Positions 40,019-50,547 of a DNA stretch of 64,000 bases are shown one piece after another (the stretch's first letter is position 1; every line of letters starts with the position of its first letter). The stretch is from Spirochaetia bacterium (GTDB lineage: Bacteria > Spirochaetota > Spirochaetia > SZUA-6 > Bin103): positions 96,001-160,000 of the forward strand of contig CBDAOI010000002.1 in the NCBI GenBank assembly GCA_965198005.1. The letters are read 5' to 3'. The position numbers and the translations under genes are program-made. The notes beneath the pieces were generated by a model that saw nothing but the letters and a program-made list of their open reading frames with translations, had not been told where the DNA came from and did no database searches.

Positions 40019-40492
40019 GTGCGGCAGAGCGTATATCTCGAGACGACTGTGATCAGCTACTTGACTGCTTGGAGAAGTCCGCAACTCATGATGGCAGCCC
40101 ACCAGCAAGTCACACGAATGTGGTGGGACGAACAGCGAAACAAGTACGACCTGTTCGTCTCGCAAGCCGTCGTTGAAGAAGCATCGTCAGGTGATCCCGG
40201 CGCAGCGCAACGACGGCTCTCGGCAATCGAGGATATTCCTGTACTCGCCATCAGTGACGACGTACGCGACCTGTCCAAATCGTTGCTTGCCGATTCTCCC
40301 CTGCCCGATAAAGCTGGAATCGACGCGCTGCACATCGCGGTAGCTACCGTCAATGGGATTGACTACCTGTTGACTTGGAATTGTCGGCACATCGCCAACG
40401 CGGCACTGCGCCACCAAATTGACGCCATCTGCGCGTTCTCCGGTTACCAGGCACCGGTGCTCTGTACACCACTCGAATTGATGGAGGAATGA
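40019..40492 (+). CDS. PIN-domain (VapC-like) protein
   Basis: VYLETTVISYL, DALHIAVA, YLLTWNCRHIAN, CTPLEL. Confidence 0.88.
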   Translation: MRQSVYLETTVISYLTAWRSPQLMMAAHQQVTRMWWDEQRNKYDLFVSQAVVEEASSGDPGAAQRRLSAIEDIPVLAISDDVRDLSKSLLADSPLPDKAGIDALHIAVATVNGIDYLLTWNCRHIANAALRHQIDAICAFSGYQAPVLCTPLELMEE

Positions 40493-40674
40493 GGGCTATG
40501 CTGGAGGATCCCATAGTCAAGGAGATCCGGGAGATACGCAACGCATACGCCAGGAAGTTCGATCATGACCTGGACGCGATCTGTCGGGATCTGCAAGAGA
40601 AGCAGCGGCTAGGCGAACGACGAGTCGTCTCGCGGCCGCCGAAACGCCCGCGGGGCACGCGCGTCGGCCAGTAG
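40489..40674 (+). CDS. Small putative antitoxin partner
   Basis: DPIVKEIREIR...FDHDLDAI; overlaps the PIN stop; paralog at 47968. Confidence 0.75.
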   Translation: MRAMLEDPIVKEIREIRNAYARKFDHDLDAICRDLQEKQRLGERRVVSRPPKRPRGTRVGQ

Positions 40675-41087
40675 GCGGTCACTGAGTGCTCCATATGTTA
40701 AATGGTAGTCTGGACTAGGTAACGGATATCCTCAATCGAGTCTCAGAAATATGGGTTCGTGTTCAGACTTCTTGTCGACGTAGTACGTCACCGAACCGTG
40801 GATCTTAGTTCGTCGTAAACAAGTGAGCATGTCGTATTCTCGCACTCTGAAAGAGACGTCGAAGTAACGGAGCGATGATTGCTACCGCCCGATCACGATC
40901 GAATCTTTCACAACGCTCACGGAAACCTGATATCATTTCTTGGGTACACACGGATACGTGTACCAAAAGGTGAATCACCACATTCGTATCCGGGAACGAG
41001 CCTTGCGTCGAAGAGGTCCGAAACGGAGACAGATACCGAGTCGATGAGCATGAGGTGACTCGGATAAGGGGAGGAGTTATGTAGCGC

Positions 41088-41561
41088 TTACGAGGGCGCT
41101 CCGGCCTCGAGCCCGGCAATCGTGACCGTCGCGATCTCATCGAACCCCGTGAAGTCGTCCCCGTTTTCAGTAACCAGAGTGCGGATGCCGTGGACCGCCA
41201 TCGTCGCCACGATGTTGGCGTCATGGAACCGCTTGCCGCGCAGGCCCTGCCTGAGGCCGAGGTCGCGCAAGCGCTGGGCCACCGCTTCGGTTTCATCGTA
41301 CGTGTGAAGGTGACGAAGGAACTGGTGCAGGTTCGCGGTCGCGTCCGCAACCGCCAGACCGAGACCGTTAACCTCCGCGGGCCGCGTCGCCACCACCAGA
41401 TACTCGCGCAGAATCTGCCCGCTCGCTGCCAGGTAAACTCCCCGCGCGCCGGACTCGGCGATCAGCCGGCACGCCTCCCGGTGGTGCGAGCGCGATTCGT
41501 CGGTGGCCGACAGCAGCACGTTGGTATCGACGAACACGACCTCACCGACCATCGGCGCCAT
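41088..41561 (-). CDS. PIN-domain toxin (FitB/VapC-like)
   Basis: VFVDTNVL, QILREY, HDANIVATM, LVTEN..DF. Confidence 0.88.
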   Translation of the reverse strand: MAPMVGEVVFVDTNVLLSATDESRSHHREACRLIAESGARGVYLAASGQILREYLVVATRPAEVNGLGLAVADATANLHQFLRHLHTYDETEAVAQRLRDLGLRQGLRGKRFHDANIVATMAVHGIRTLVTENGDDFTGFDEIATVTIAGLEAGAPS

Positions 41562-41772
41562 AGATCTCTTCGCGGCTCCACGACCCCGTGTAGCCGGTCC
41601 TGACCGTCACCAGCTTGAGCTCGGCCGTGGCGCCCTCGGGTGGCGCCATCCTGGCCGCCCGCTCCAGAATGACGCGCAGTTCGCCCTGCAGCGACCTATG
41701 GTGGCTGCGCGCCAGCCGCTTCAAGGCGTTGATCGTCTCCGGCGGAACCCGAGTAATGTGTACTGCATTCAT
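41542..41772 (-). CDS. FitA/Arc-like RHH antitoxin
   Basis: MNAVHITRVPPETINALKRLARSHHRSLQGELRVILE...WSREEIY. Confidence 0.85.
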   Translation of the reverse strand: MNAVHITRVPPETINALKRLARSHHRSLQGELRVILERAARMAPPEGATAELKLVTVRTGYTGSWSREEIYGADGR

Positions 41773-41822
41773 ATCTGTATCGTAATCATACAATCCGTGC
41801 GAGCGCAACCTGGGTGCGGGGG

Positions 41823-41973
41823 CTGCGGAGGTATGTCTGCACTGCGCAGAGCGACTGTACTCGAAGGACACGGTAGAGTACTTGGACAAGTGCGCGCCAA
41901 GCTGAGTAGCCAGGATGTCTGCCGATTCACACCGATAGGGCAATCTCTCCAGGTAGTCACTCCTCGCGGCTGA
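41823..41973 (+). pseudogene. Remnant of another YgiT-type zinc-finger gene
   Basis: AEVCLHCAERLYSKDTVEYL, then frameshifted VRAKLSSQD...PIGQSLQV. Confidence 0.55.
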
Positions 41974-42061
41974 TCTGCCGCGGCCCCCGATAGTCCGCTG
42001 AGCACCCCGGACAAGCCGGACAAGCCTTACGGGTGTCTCCGTTTTCATTTAGGATAGCGCC

Positions 42062-42656
42062 GTGGAGCAGCGGTTCTTCGACCAACCGATCCTCAACTCA
42101 CCCTACGAGTACCCCGCCCAGCCCACGAACCGCATCGTCGACCCCCGGCGGAGCGTGTCGTTCATCACGCCGATCCCGGCCGCCCGCAAGCAGTGCGCGA
42201 AGCAGCAGGAGATGGTGTTCGACCAAGCTCCCAGGGCGCTGGCGACCGACGGCCAGCAGTACGACCTGACCGCCATCATCGAGAGCGTGCGCCACGGCGT
42301 CGGCGAGTGGCGCAGGCTGCCCCGCGCCAAATGGCGGGTCACCCCCGAGACCGCGCGCCTGCTCGACCACTGGCGGCCTGGGGCGGGAGGTCCCCTTCCG
42401 GTACGGCTCCGCGGCGCGCCCCTACCTCCCCCGACTTCATCGTGCTCGTCGATGACGGCCAGGGCGACCACGACCTGCTCCACCTCGTGGTCGAAATCAA
42501 GGGCTACCGCCGCGAGGACGCCAAGGAAAAGAAGGCCACCATGGAATCCTACTGGGTCCCGGGCGTCAACCGTTCCGGCGCCTACGACCGCTGGGCCTTC
42601 GCCGAGCTCACCGACGTCTACACGCTGCAAGATGGTTTCTTGCGTGCGGTCGGGAC
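42062..42656 (+). pseudogene. res: Res copy 3: N-terminus joined to C-terminus
   Basis: MEQRFFDQPILNSPY...RLLDHWR, then PDFIVLVDDG...VEIKGYRRE...LRAVG; about 2.4 kb missing. Confidence 0.9.
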
Positions 42657-42945
42657 CGTTACACACGCCGATAGAGAGTGCTCTTCTGTGATCGTCATGC
42701 GTTTTAGGCGTATCGTTGAACGGAACATCAGCGCACAGGAGATTCAACAGGCTGGAAGTCGAGCGAACATCATTGAAGAGTACCCCCACGACAAGTACTC
42801 TCCAAGCTGTTTGCTCTTGGGTTTCACGTCTGAGGGGAGACCGCTGCACATACAGGTGTCCCTTGCGGAAACGGATCTTGTGAAGATAATAACGCTGTAT
42901 CAACCACATGCCAGTGAGTGGATTGATTACACCTATCGGAGGTGA
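42657..42945 (+). pseudogene. DUF4258-domain gene (5' end damaged or fused to the res remnant)
   Basis: RRIVERNISAQEI...IIEEYPHDKYSPSCLLLG...GRPLHI...IITLYQP..SEW. Confidence 0.75.
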
Positions 42946-42947
42946 GC

Positions 42948-43178
42948 ATGTCCAGTTGTACGATCTGCGGCTCGGACGAACGGCAAGAAAAGCTCGCAGA
43001 AGAGGTTTTCCGAATCGATGGGCAGTATGTGCTGGTTGACCAGATCCCGGCGAACGTATGCAACCGTTGCGGCGAGGAGACATTCGGCCGAGAAACCGCA
43101 GACAGGATTCGTCTGCTGGTTCGCGGAAAGGCAAAGCCGAGCAGGTCCATCGCGGTCAAGGTTTTCGAGTTTGTTTAG
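42948..43178 (+). CDS. YgiT-type zinc-finger protein (paralog of 29409)
   Basis: CTICG...VCNRCGE. Confidence 0.85.
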   Translation: MSSCTICGSDERQEKLAEEVFRIDGQYVLVDQIPANVCNRCGEETFGRETADRIRLLVRGKAKPSRSIAVKVFEFV

Positions 43179-43187
43179 GTTTAGCAC

Positions 43188-43451
43188 CCTCATCGACAGC
43201 CTCACCGACGCCGCCCAGTCGGCGCAGGTCATCGTGACGACCCACAGCGCGGATCTGCTCGACAACGATACTGTACCCAACACCTCGATCCTCGCCGTAC
43301 TGTCTGAACACAGGGAAACCAGGATCGGGCGGTCCGTGGACGAAGCGGGTCGATTTTCACTACGTCTCTTTACCGCCGGCGAGTTGCTGGGGACCGATCA
43401 GTTGCGCCCAGACCCGGCCCATTCAGCTCCGCACCAGCTTGAGCTGTTCGA
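43188..43451 (+). pseudogene. 3' fragment of AAA_21 ATPase
   Basis: LIDSLTDAAQSAQVIVTTHSADLLD...LFTAGELL..DQLRPDP matches the C-terminus of 8902..10095. Confidence 0.82.
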
Positions 43452-43537
43452 ACACACGGGCGAAGGCTCCAGCCCAATTCGGCAACGCTGTTGGGACGAG
43501 AAGTCAACCCGAAATATTGGAGTAATCCATCCAGTCA

Positions 43538-44410
43538 ATGTCTAACTCTGATAGCTACTCGGAAGTGCGACTCCCACCATACTCTGACCTGCTTTGGCCT
43601 ACGCTGCTTGTTCTGAAGGCTCGCGGAGGCTCCGCATCCATTCGCGAACTGGAAGAGAACGTCGTTTCATTGTTGCGCCTGTCCGACGAGGTCGTGGAAA
43701 TGCCACATGGCGCCGGACCTCAGTCGGAAGTCAATTATCGCGCTGCGTGGGCTCGCACGCATCTGAGATTGATTGGAGCAATCAACAATACGTCGAGAGG
43801 CGTTTGGGCAATCACGGAGCACGGACGTTCGATTGATACGGAGGACAAACTGCGCAAACTGGACAAGCCGCCACGCGTACAACGAAAACCCGGGCGGCGC
43901 CCCACCTCGCGTAAGACAACCACCGACACAGATGACAACGCGACGGAGACCCGTATATGGCAGGACGATCTGCTCGGTGTCCTAAAGTCCATGGGACCAG
44001 ACGCCTTTGAACGTCTTTGCCAAAGAATTCTGCGCGAATCAGGGTTCATAAAAGTAGAAGTAAGCGGACGTTCCGGCGACGGAGGGATCGACGGAGCTGG
44101 GGTTCTACGCGTCAACCTTCTTTCGTTTCACGTACGATTTCAGTGCAAGAGGTACTCAGGATCTGTTGGTGCACCCGAAGTACGTGACTTCAGAGGTGCG
44201 ATGGTAGGAAGGGCCGACAAGGGATTGTTCATCACGACAGGACGCTTCACGGCTGACGCCGAACGGGAGGCGGTGCGAGATGGCGCCCCTGCCATTGACT
44301 TGATTGACGGTATGGACCTTTGCGATCTGCTGAAGGATCTTCGACTCGGCATGACCACCGAGACAGTCGAGGTACCGAAAGTCAATGCCAGTTTCTTTGC
44401 TGGTGTGTAG
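43538..44410 (+). CDS. mrr: Mrr-family type IV restriction endonuclease
   Basis: Mrr_N (LWPTL...RAAWARTHL...RGVWAIT) and catalytic domain (FERLC, SGDGGIDG, FQCKRY, LIDG). Confidence 0.92.
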   Translation: MSNSDSYSEVRLPPYSDLLWPTLLVLKARGGSASIRELEENVVSLLRLSDEVVEMPHGAGPQSEVNYRAAWARTHLRLIGAINNTSRGVWAITEHGRSIDTEDKLRKLDKPPRVQRKPGRRPTSRKTTTDTDDNATETRIWQDDLLGVLKSMGPDAFERLCQRILRESGFIKVEVSGRSGDGGIDGAGVLRVNLLSFHVRFQCKRYSGSVGAPEVRDFRGAMVGRADKGLFITTGRFTADAEREAVRDGAPAIDLIDGMDLCDLLKDLRLGMTTETVEVPKVNASFFAGV

Positions 44411-44542
44411 TTGACATGTATGGTTGCGCGATGCGACAGACTGACACAATCACACATGAAGATCTTCATCCGTGGCGGCATGCGTCCTCGATTGCCGTCG
44501 TTGCGCAGCGTGGTGGCGATAGCCGACAAGGACAACCAATAG

Positions 44543-47479
44543 ATGGCAAAGAGAAAGTCACCCAAATCGGTTGAGACCATTACTCACGACAAGGCGTCGC
44601 GCAGGAACATTCCCACGGCGGAATACCAGTCGGTACTTGAAAAAGCGGATCAGAGTCCCATCCAGGTCGCCTACCAGCGCCGCAACCGCGACCTCGATCC
44701 GCAGCTCGTGTGGCGTGGCAAGGACGAGCAGGACTGGTCCGACCTCGTGGTGCAGGCGCCGCCACTGTTCATCCAGGAGAAGGTCCACCCAAAGCTGCTG
44801 ATCGACGACCTGCAACGGCGCTCTCAGGAGCGAGAGCAGGCGGCAGACGAGCAACTCGATCTGTTCGCCGACTTCAACGGCCTGCCGGACGACAACGCCC
44901 GCACCGAGTTCTACCGCCACGACGCGAACTGGTCCAACCGCATGATCCTCGGCGACAGCCTGCAGGTGATGGCCTCACTGGCAGAGCGCGAAGGGCTCCG
45001 TGGCAAGGTACAGTGCATCTACCTCGACCCGCCCTACGGCATCAAGTTCAACTCCAACTTCCAGTGGTCCACCACCAGCCGCGACGTGCGGGACGGCAAA
45101 CCCGAACACATCACCCGCGAGCCTGAGCAGGTGAAGGCCTTCCGCGACACGTGGCGCGACGGGATTCATTCCTACCTGACCTATCTGCGAGACCGGCTGG
45201 CCGTAGCACGGGATCTGCTTACGGAGAGCGGCAGTATCTTCGTACAGATCGGCGACGAGAATGTACATCGCGTACGCGCGTTGATGGACGAGGTATTCGG
45301 AGCAGACAATCTTTGCTCCCAAATGGCTGTTCAAAAGACAGCTGGGCAGTCTGCCGAACTAATCGCTGGAACGGCTGACTATCTTCTTTGGTATGCACGG
45401 AAATCCAGTGCCGTGAAGTTTCGTACGCCCTTGATTGAGAAATCGCTTGACACAGATCGAGCAGGTGTATATCGATGGATTCGTCGATCCGACGGTTCTG
45501 TGCGACATCTCTCGAATCAAGAACGGGTTGATGGGAAGACAGAGAATGTACTCAGGTTCGATAACCTTACTTCGCAACGCCCCCCGGGAAGTTTCCCGGT
45601 TAAGGTTAGCGGAAAGGTGTACGGATCCGGAAGAGGATACTGGAAAACTGGCGAGATGGGCATGTCTCGACTGTTGAGAGCCGACCGCGTAGGTCAAGCC
45701 AAAAATAGCCTGACTTATGTTCGACACTTTGACGACTTTAGAGCCCAGACTTTGGGTAACGTCTGGAGCGACACCGGAACGGGAAGCTTCACCGACGAAA
45801 AAATATACGTAGTCCAAAGCGGTACCAAGGTCATCCAGCGCTGCATTCTTATGACCACTGATCCCGGCGACCTCGTACTGGATCCCACTTGCGGCTCCGG
45901 TACGACCGCTTATGTTGCCGAACAGTGGGGGCGCCGCTGGATTACCATCGACACTTCCCGCGTGGCCCTGGCACTGGCCCGTTCCCGCGTCATGGGAGCG
46001 CGCTATCCCTACTACCTGCTTGGGGACAGCCCGGCAGGCCGGGAAAAGGAAGCGGAACTTACGCAGACTGTGCCCTCTGACAGTCCCACGGGCGGCGATA
46101 TCAGGCAGGGCTTCGTGTACGAGCGCGTGCCGCACATCACCCTCAAATCGATTGCCAACAACGCGGAGATCGACGTGATCTGGGAACGTTGGCAGGAGAC
46201 GCTGGAGCCGCTACGGGCGGAACTGAACGGCGCGCTTGGCCTCACCTGGGAGGAATGGGAGATCCCGCGGGAGGCCGGCGACCCGTGGCCTGACACGGCC
46301 GCGGCAGCGTGGAAGCGGCTGCAGTCGGCCCAGTCCGACGCACAGAAAGCCGACGCACTGTTGGCGCTGAACACCGCGCTGGGCCACGAATACACCCTTG
46401 AGGAGGTCCCCGCCCAGCCTCGCGACCGATGGGACGCCGGCCCGACCGACCTGCACCGCCGCTGGTGGGAGGCGCGCATTGTGCGGCAGAAGGAGATCGA
46501 CGCCTCCATTGCCGCCAAGGCGGACTTCGAGTACCTGTACGACAAACCATACGAGGATCGGGGGATCGTCCGCGTCGCCGGCCCGTTCACGGTGGAGAGT
46601 CTGGCGCCGCACCGTACGCTCGGTGTGGATGAGAATGACGAATTGATCGATCATCTCGCCGAGAGTAAGACCGGCTACGACGGACAGCAGGACTTCGCGA
46701 CCATGATCCTGGAACACCTGAACACCTCCGGCGTGCAGCAGGCGCACCGCGAAGACCGGATCTCCTTCACCGCGCTCACCCCCTGGCCGGGCCACTTTAT
46801 CTGCGCCGAAGGGCGGTACATCGAAGGTGACGCGGACACCGGCACCGAACGGCGCGCGGGCATCTTCATGGGCCCCGAGTTCGGCACCGTCACCCGCCCC
46901 GATCTGGTCGCCGCCGCCCGCGAAGCCGCCGACGCCGACTACGACGTGCTTATCGCCTGCGCGTTCAACTACGAAGCGCACGCCTCCGAGTTCAGCAAGC
47001 TCGGCCGCATACCCGTCCTCAAGGCGCGCATGAACGCCGACCTGTACATGGCCGGCGATCTCAAGAACACCGGCAAGGGCAACCTGTTCGTGATCTTCGG
47101 CGAGCCCGACATCGAGATCATCCCGGTCGAGGACACCGGCGCCCAGGCGAGCCAGATCCAGGTCAAGGTCAACGGGGTGGACGTGTTCCATCCCAACACC
47201 GGCGAAATCCGCAGCGACGGTCCCGACGGCATCGCCTGCTGGTTTATCGACACCGACTACAACGAGGAGAGCTTCTTCGTCCGCCACGCCTACTTCCTCG
47301 GCGCCAGCGACCCCTACAAGGCGCTCAAGACCACCCTCAAGGCCGAGATCGACCGCGACGCCTGGGAGACCCTCCACAGCGACACGTCCCGCCCCTTCGA
47401 CCGCCCGCCCTCCGGCCGCATCGCCGTCAAGGTCATCAACCACCTCGGCGACGAGGTAATGAAGGTCTTCCGCGTGTGA
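44543..47479 (+). CDS. mod: Type III Mod DNA methyltransferase (N6/N4, beta class)
   Basis: ILGDSL, IYLDPPYG, VLDPTCGSGTT, C-terminal IAVKVINHLGDEV. Confidence 0.93.
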   Translation: MAKRKSPKSVETITHDKASRRNIPTAEYQSVLEKADQSPIQVAYQRRNRDLDPQLVWRGKDEQDWSDLVVQAPPLFIQEKVHPKLLIDDLQRRSQEREQAADEQLDLFADFNGLPDDNARTEFYRHDANWSNRMILGDSLQVMASLAEREGLRGKVQCIYLDPPYGIKFNSNFQWSTTSRDVRDGKPEHITREPEQVKAFRDTWRDGIHSYLTYLRDRLAVARDLLTESGSIFVQIGDENVHRVRALMDEVFGADNLCSQMAVQKTAGQSAELIAGTADYLLWYARKSSAVKFRTPLIEKSLDTDRAGVYRWIRRSDGSVRHLSNQERVDGKTENVLRFDNLTSQRPPGSFPVKVSGKVYGSGRGYWKTGEMGMSRLLRADRVGQAKNSLTYVRHFDDFRAQTLGNVWSDTGTGSFTDEKIYVVQSGTKVIQRCILMTTDPGDLVLDPTCGSGTTAYVAEQWGRRWITIDTSRVALALARSRVMGARYPYYLLGDSPAGREKEAELTQTVPSDSPTGGDIRQGFVYERVPHITLKSIANNAEIDVIWERWQETLEPLRAELNGALGLTWEEWEIPREAGDPWPDTAAAAWKRLQSAQSDAQKADALLALNTALGHEYTLEEVPAQPRDRWDAGPTDLHRRWWEARIVRQKEIDASIAAKADFEYLYDKPYEDRGIVRVAGPFTVESLAPHRTLGVDENDELIDHLAESKTGYDGQQDFATMILEHLNTSGVQQAHREDRISFTALTPWPGHFICAEGRYIEGDADTGTERRAGIFMGPEFGTVTRPDLVAAAREAADADYDVLIACAFNYEAHASEFSKLGRIPVLKARMNADLYMAGDLKNTGKGNLFVIFGEPDIEIIPVEDTGAQASQIQVKVNGVDVFHPNTGEIRSDGPDGIACWFIDTDYNEESFFVRHAYFLGASDPYKALKTTLKAEIDRDAWETLHSDTSRPFDRPPSGRIAVKVINHLGDEVMKVFRV

Positions 47480-47489
47480 GAATGGATCG

Positions 47490-47978
47490 ATGAAACCACG
47501 CGTATACGTCGAAACCACGGTCATCAGCTACCTGACCGCACGTCCGGCGCGCGACGTGGTTGTTGCGGGACATCAACAGAGCACTCGCGACTGGTGGACG
47601 ACTGCGGCGCACAGGTATGAGTTGGTCGTCTCCGAGTTGGTACGCCAAGAGGCGGGATTGGGAGACCCGGACCCGGTACGAGCCAGGCTCTCCGTGCTCG
47701 CTTCACTTGCGACCCTCGACGCAACAGCAGAAGCCGAGGCATTGGCCGAAGTGCTCGTCCGCACCGCCGCGGTACCCCAGGCCGCGATTCGAGATGCCGC
47801 GCATATCGCTGTCGCCGCAGCAAATGGTGTCGAGTACCTTGTAACGTGGAATTTCCGCCATATCGCCAACGCAGTGACAAGGCCGCTCATCGAGTCTGCC
47901 TGTCGGCGAGCCGGTTTCCAACCTCCTGTAATCTGCACTCCCGAGGAATTGATGGAGGACACCAACGATGAAGAATGA
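47490..47978 (+). CDS. PIN-domain (VapC-like) protein
   Basis: VYVETTVISYL, DAAHIAVA, LVTWNFRHIAN, ICTPEEL. Confidence 0.88.
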   Translation: MKPRVYVETTVISYLTARPARDVVVAGHQQSTRDWWTTAAHRYELVVSELVRQEAGLGDPDPVRARLSVLASLATLDATAEAEALAEVLVRTAAVPQAAIRDAAHIAVAAANGVEYLVTWNFRHIANAVTRPLIESACRRAGFQPPVICTPEELMEDTNDEE

Positions 47979-48177
47979 CCCAATCGTAGCTGAGGTTCGC
48001 GCGATACGTGACGAGCTTGCCGGCCAGTGCGGCTATGACATCAAGAAGATGTTCCAGCAATTGCGGCAACAGCAGGCCGACTCGGCACGGAAGTACGTTC
48101 GCTATCCGGCGCGTCGCATTGCCCCGACCGAAGACCTTCCACCCTCCACAACCGATGCACTCACCGGATGTTGCTGA
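47968..48177 (+). CDS. Small putative antitoxin partner
   Basis: NDPIVAEVRAIRDELA...YDI. Confidence 0.72.
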   Translation: MKNDPIVAEVRAIRDELAGQCGYDIKKMFQQLRQQQADSARKYVRYPARRIAPTEDLPPSTTDALTGCC

Positions 48178-48189
48178 CCTCCTTCAAGG

Positions 48190-48620
48190 CCGCTGGCCGG
48201 GCCATTTCATCTACGCCGAGGGCGCTCTGCCAAGGGGGACGCCGACACCGGCACCGACCGCCGTGCAGGCGTCTTCCTCGGCCCGAGTTCGGCACCGTCA
48301 CCCGCCCCGGTCTGGTCGCCGCCGCCCGCGAGGCCGCCGACGCCGACTACGACGTGCTGGTCGCCTACGCGTCCAGCTACGTGGCGCACGCGTCGGAGTT
48401 CAGCAAGCTCGGGCGCATCCCCGTGCTCAAGGCGCGCACGAACGCCGACCTGCGCATTGCCGGAGACTTGAAGAACACCTGCGAGGGCAACCTGTTCGTC
48501 ATCTTCGGCGAGCCGGACATCGAGATCATCCCGGTCCAGGAAAACGGCGACAAAGCGGGCCAGATCCAGGTCAAGGTCAACGGCGTGGACGTGTTCCATC
48601 GCAACACCGGCGAGAACTTC
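48190..48620 (+). pseudogene. Frameshifted fragment of the Mod C-terminal region
   Basis: PEFGTVTRP..VAAAREAADA...NLFVIFGEPDI...GVDVFH matches about 46780-47205. Confidence 0.88.
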
Positions 48621-48699
48621 CGCGTATGAGCCGCGCCGTCCGGGGACATGCTGGGCCGACTCGGAGTCTTATGTCATGAGAATGAACGGTCCAGGACCT

Positions 48700-49842
48700 A
48701 TGCGCGTAGTCGACTTCATTACTGTGGAAGGATTCAAAAGTATCAAGCGAGTAGAGGAATTGCCGCTGAATCCAATCAACATTCTGATTGGGCCAAACGG
48801 TGCAGGCAAAACCAATCTGATAGAGGCTTTCTCGCTCCTGGATAGAATTCACAACGGCAACCTTCAAGAGTATGTCATACGTGCCGGAGGAGCGAATCGG
48901 ATTCTGCACTTCGGATCCGCAATCACCCAAGAGGTAACAGTCGGCATTTCATGCCACGAGTACATGTACCGCTACGAAATCACGCTCGCATCGACCGAGT
49001 CTGACGGCCTATCTCCGTTGTCGGAATACGGATACATCGACCATCCGGAGTTCTCCGGTCCTATGGAGGTGAACTTCACGCCGCGTGGAACAGAGGCCGC
49101 GTTAAGCCGTTCGACTCCCGTCGCAGATGACTCGTCCGATACGTGGGATACGCTTGTCCAACTTCAGGACAACTGGCCCGGACCGTATTTTCTGGACACA
49201 AGCGCTACCGCGCCGATCAAGAGAACTGCAAATATCAATGACAATCGTCGCCTCCGCAGCGATGGATCGAATCTGGCCCCGTTTCTGTACTACCTGAGGC
49301 GGAAGGAGCACAGCGCTTACGAAATGATCCGCCGTACGGTTAGGCTCGTAGCCCCCTTCTTCGACGACTTCATCCTGGAGCCGCAGGCACTGGACGAGGA
49401 CAAGATCCGGCTGGAGTGGCGCCACCGGGGATCGGACGCCTACTTCGATGCTTCGTCCCTGTCGGACGGCTCGCTCCGGTTCATCGCCTTGGCGACGCTG
49501 CTGCTGCAGCCCACCCGGCTTCTCCCCTCGCTCATCATTCTGGATGAGCCGGAGTTGGGCTTGCATCCATACGCCATCACCATGCTCTCCTCACTCGTCA
49601 AGCAGGCTGCGACGAAGGCGCAGGTGATACTTGCCACTCAGTCGCCTTTGCTGCTGGATCATTTCGAGCCCGACGACGTATTGGTGACCGAGCGTGTGAA
49701 CGGTCGGTCGGAGTTCAACAGACTGGACCGCGGCGAGCTGGAGGAGTGGCTCAAGGACTACAGCCTCGGACAACTGTGGGAGAAGAACGAGATCGGCGGA
49801 CGTCCTGCCCGTGAGGAGGGCATGAGAGATTCGGCGAGGTGA
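48700..49842 (+). CDS. AAA_21/ABC-type ATPase
   Basis: EGFKSI, GPNGAGKTN, LSDGSLRF, ILDEPELGLHP, ATQS. Confidence 0.9.
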   Translation: MRVVDFITVEGFKSIKRVEELPLNPINILIGPNGAGKTNLIEAFSLLDRIHNGNLQEYVIRAGGANRILHFGSAITQEVTVGISCHEYMYRYEITLASTESDGLSPLSEYGYIDHPEFSGPMEVNFTPRGTEAALSRSTPVADDSSDTWDTLVQLQDNWPGPYFLDTSATAPIKRTANINDNRRLRSDGSNLAPFLYYLRRKEHSAYEMIRRTVRLVAPFFDDFILEPQALDEDKIRLEWRHRGSDAYFDASSLSDGSLRFIALATLLLQPTRLLPSLIILDEPELGLHPYAITMLSSLVKQAATKAQVILATQSPLLLDHFEPDDVLVTERVNGRSEFNRLDRGELEEWLKDYSLGQLWEKNEIGGRPAREEGMRDSAR

Positions 49843-50543
49843 TGCGACTGCTCGTGCATGTGGAAGGAGAAACCGAAGAGACGTTCATCAACGAGGTCCT
49901 TGGACCGCACCTCTTGAGCAAGGGATACTCGATGGTCAGCGCACGCTTGATCGGCAATGCTCGACAGCGCAGTCAGCGGGGCGGAATCAAGGCCTGGCAA
50001 ACGGTGCGCAAAGAGATCATGAACCACTCGCGGGCGGACCGGCAGTCCATCGCCACCACGATGGTCGACTACTACGGACTGCCGCAACACGGCCCGGGAG
50101 CATGGCCTGGGCGAGCAACCGCCGGAGCACGTCCGTTTCCGCAGAATGCGGAAGCGGTCGAAGCCGCCCTCTCTGCCGATATCACCGCTCACATGGGCCG
50201 CGGATTCAACCCCAGCCGATTCGTGCCACATGTAGTGCTGCATGAGTTCGAAGCGCTGCTGTTCAGCGACTGCACCGGGTTCGCTCGCGGTATGGAACGC
50301 CCGGATCTTGTCCCACGTCTGCAGACGATACGCGACGGATTCTCCTGCCCGGAAGAAATCGACGACTCTCCCGTGACCGCACCGTCAAAACGTGTTACGG
50401 CGTTGATGCCTGAATACCAGAAGCCCCTGATGGGTACCCTCGCCGCCCTCGAGATCGGCTTGGCAACGATCCGCGCCGACTGCCCGCACTTCCGGAAGTG
50501 GTTGGAGCGGCTGGAGAGACTGCCACTTCAACGCGAAAGCTGA
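49839..50543 (+). CDS. DUF4276-family (TOPRIM-like) protein
   Basis: VHVEGETEE, TMVDYYGL, HEFEALLFSD, PEEIDD, APSKR, CPHF..WL. Confidence 0.85.
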   Translation: MMRLLVHVEGETEETFINEVLGPHLLSKGYSMVSARLIGNARQRSQRGGIKAWQTVRKEIMNHSRADRQSIATTMVDYYGLPQHGPGAWPGRATAGARPFPQNAEAVEAALSADITAHMGRGFNPSRFVPHVVLHEFEALLFSDCTGFARGMERPDLVPRLQTIRDGFSCPEEIDDSPVTAPSKRVTALMPEYQKPLMGTLAALEIGLATIRADCPHFRKWLERLERLPLQRES

Positions 50544-50547
50544 ACGC

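Noticed and set aside
34268-43451. One ATPase gene split cleanly by an 8-kb insertion
   Set aside because: The middle third (signature and Walker B) is absent and no target duplication flanks the interval.
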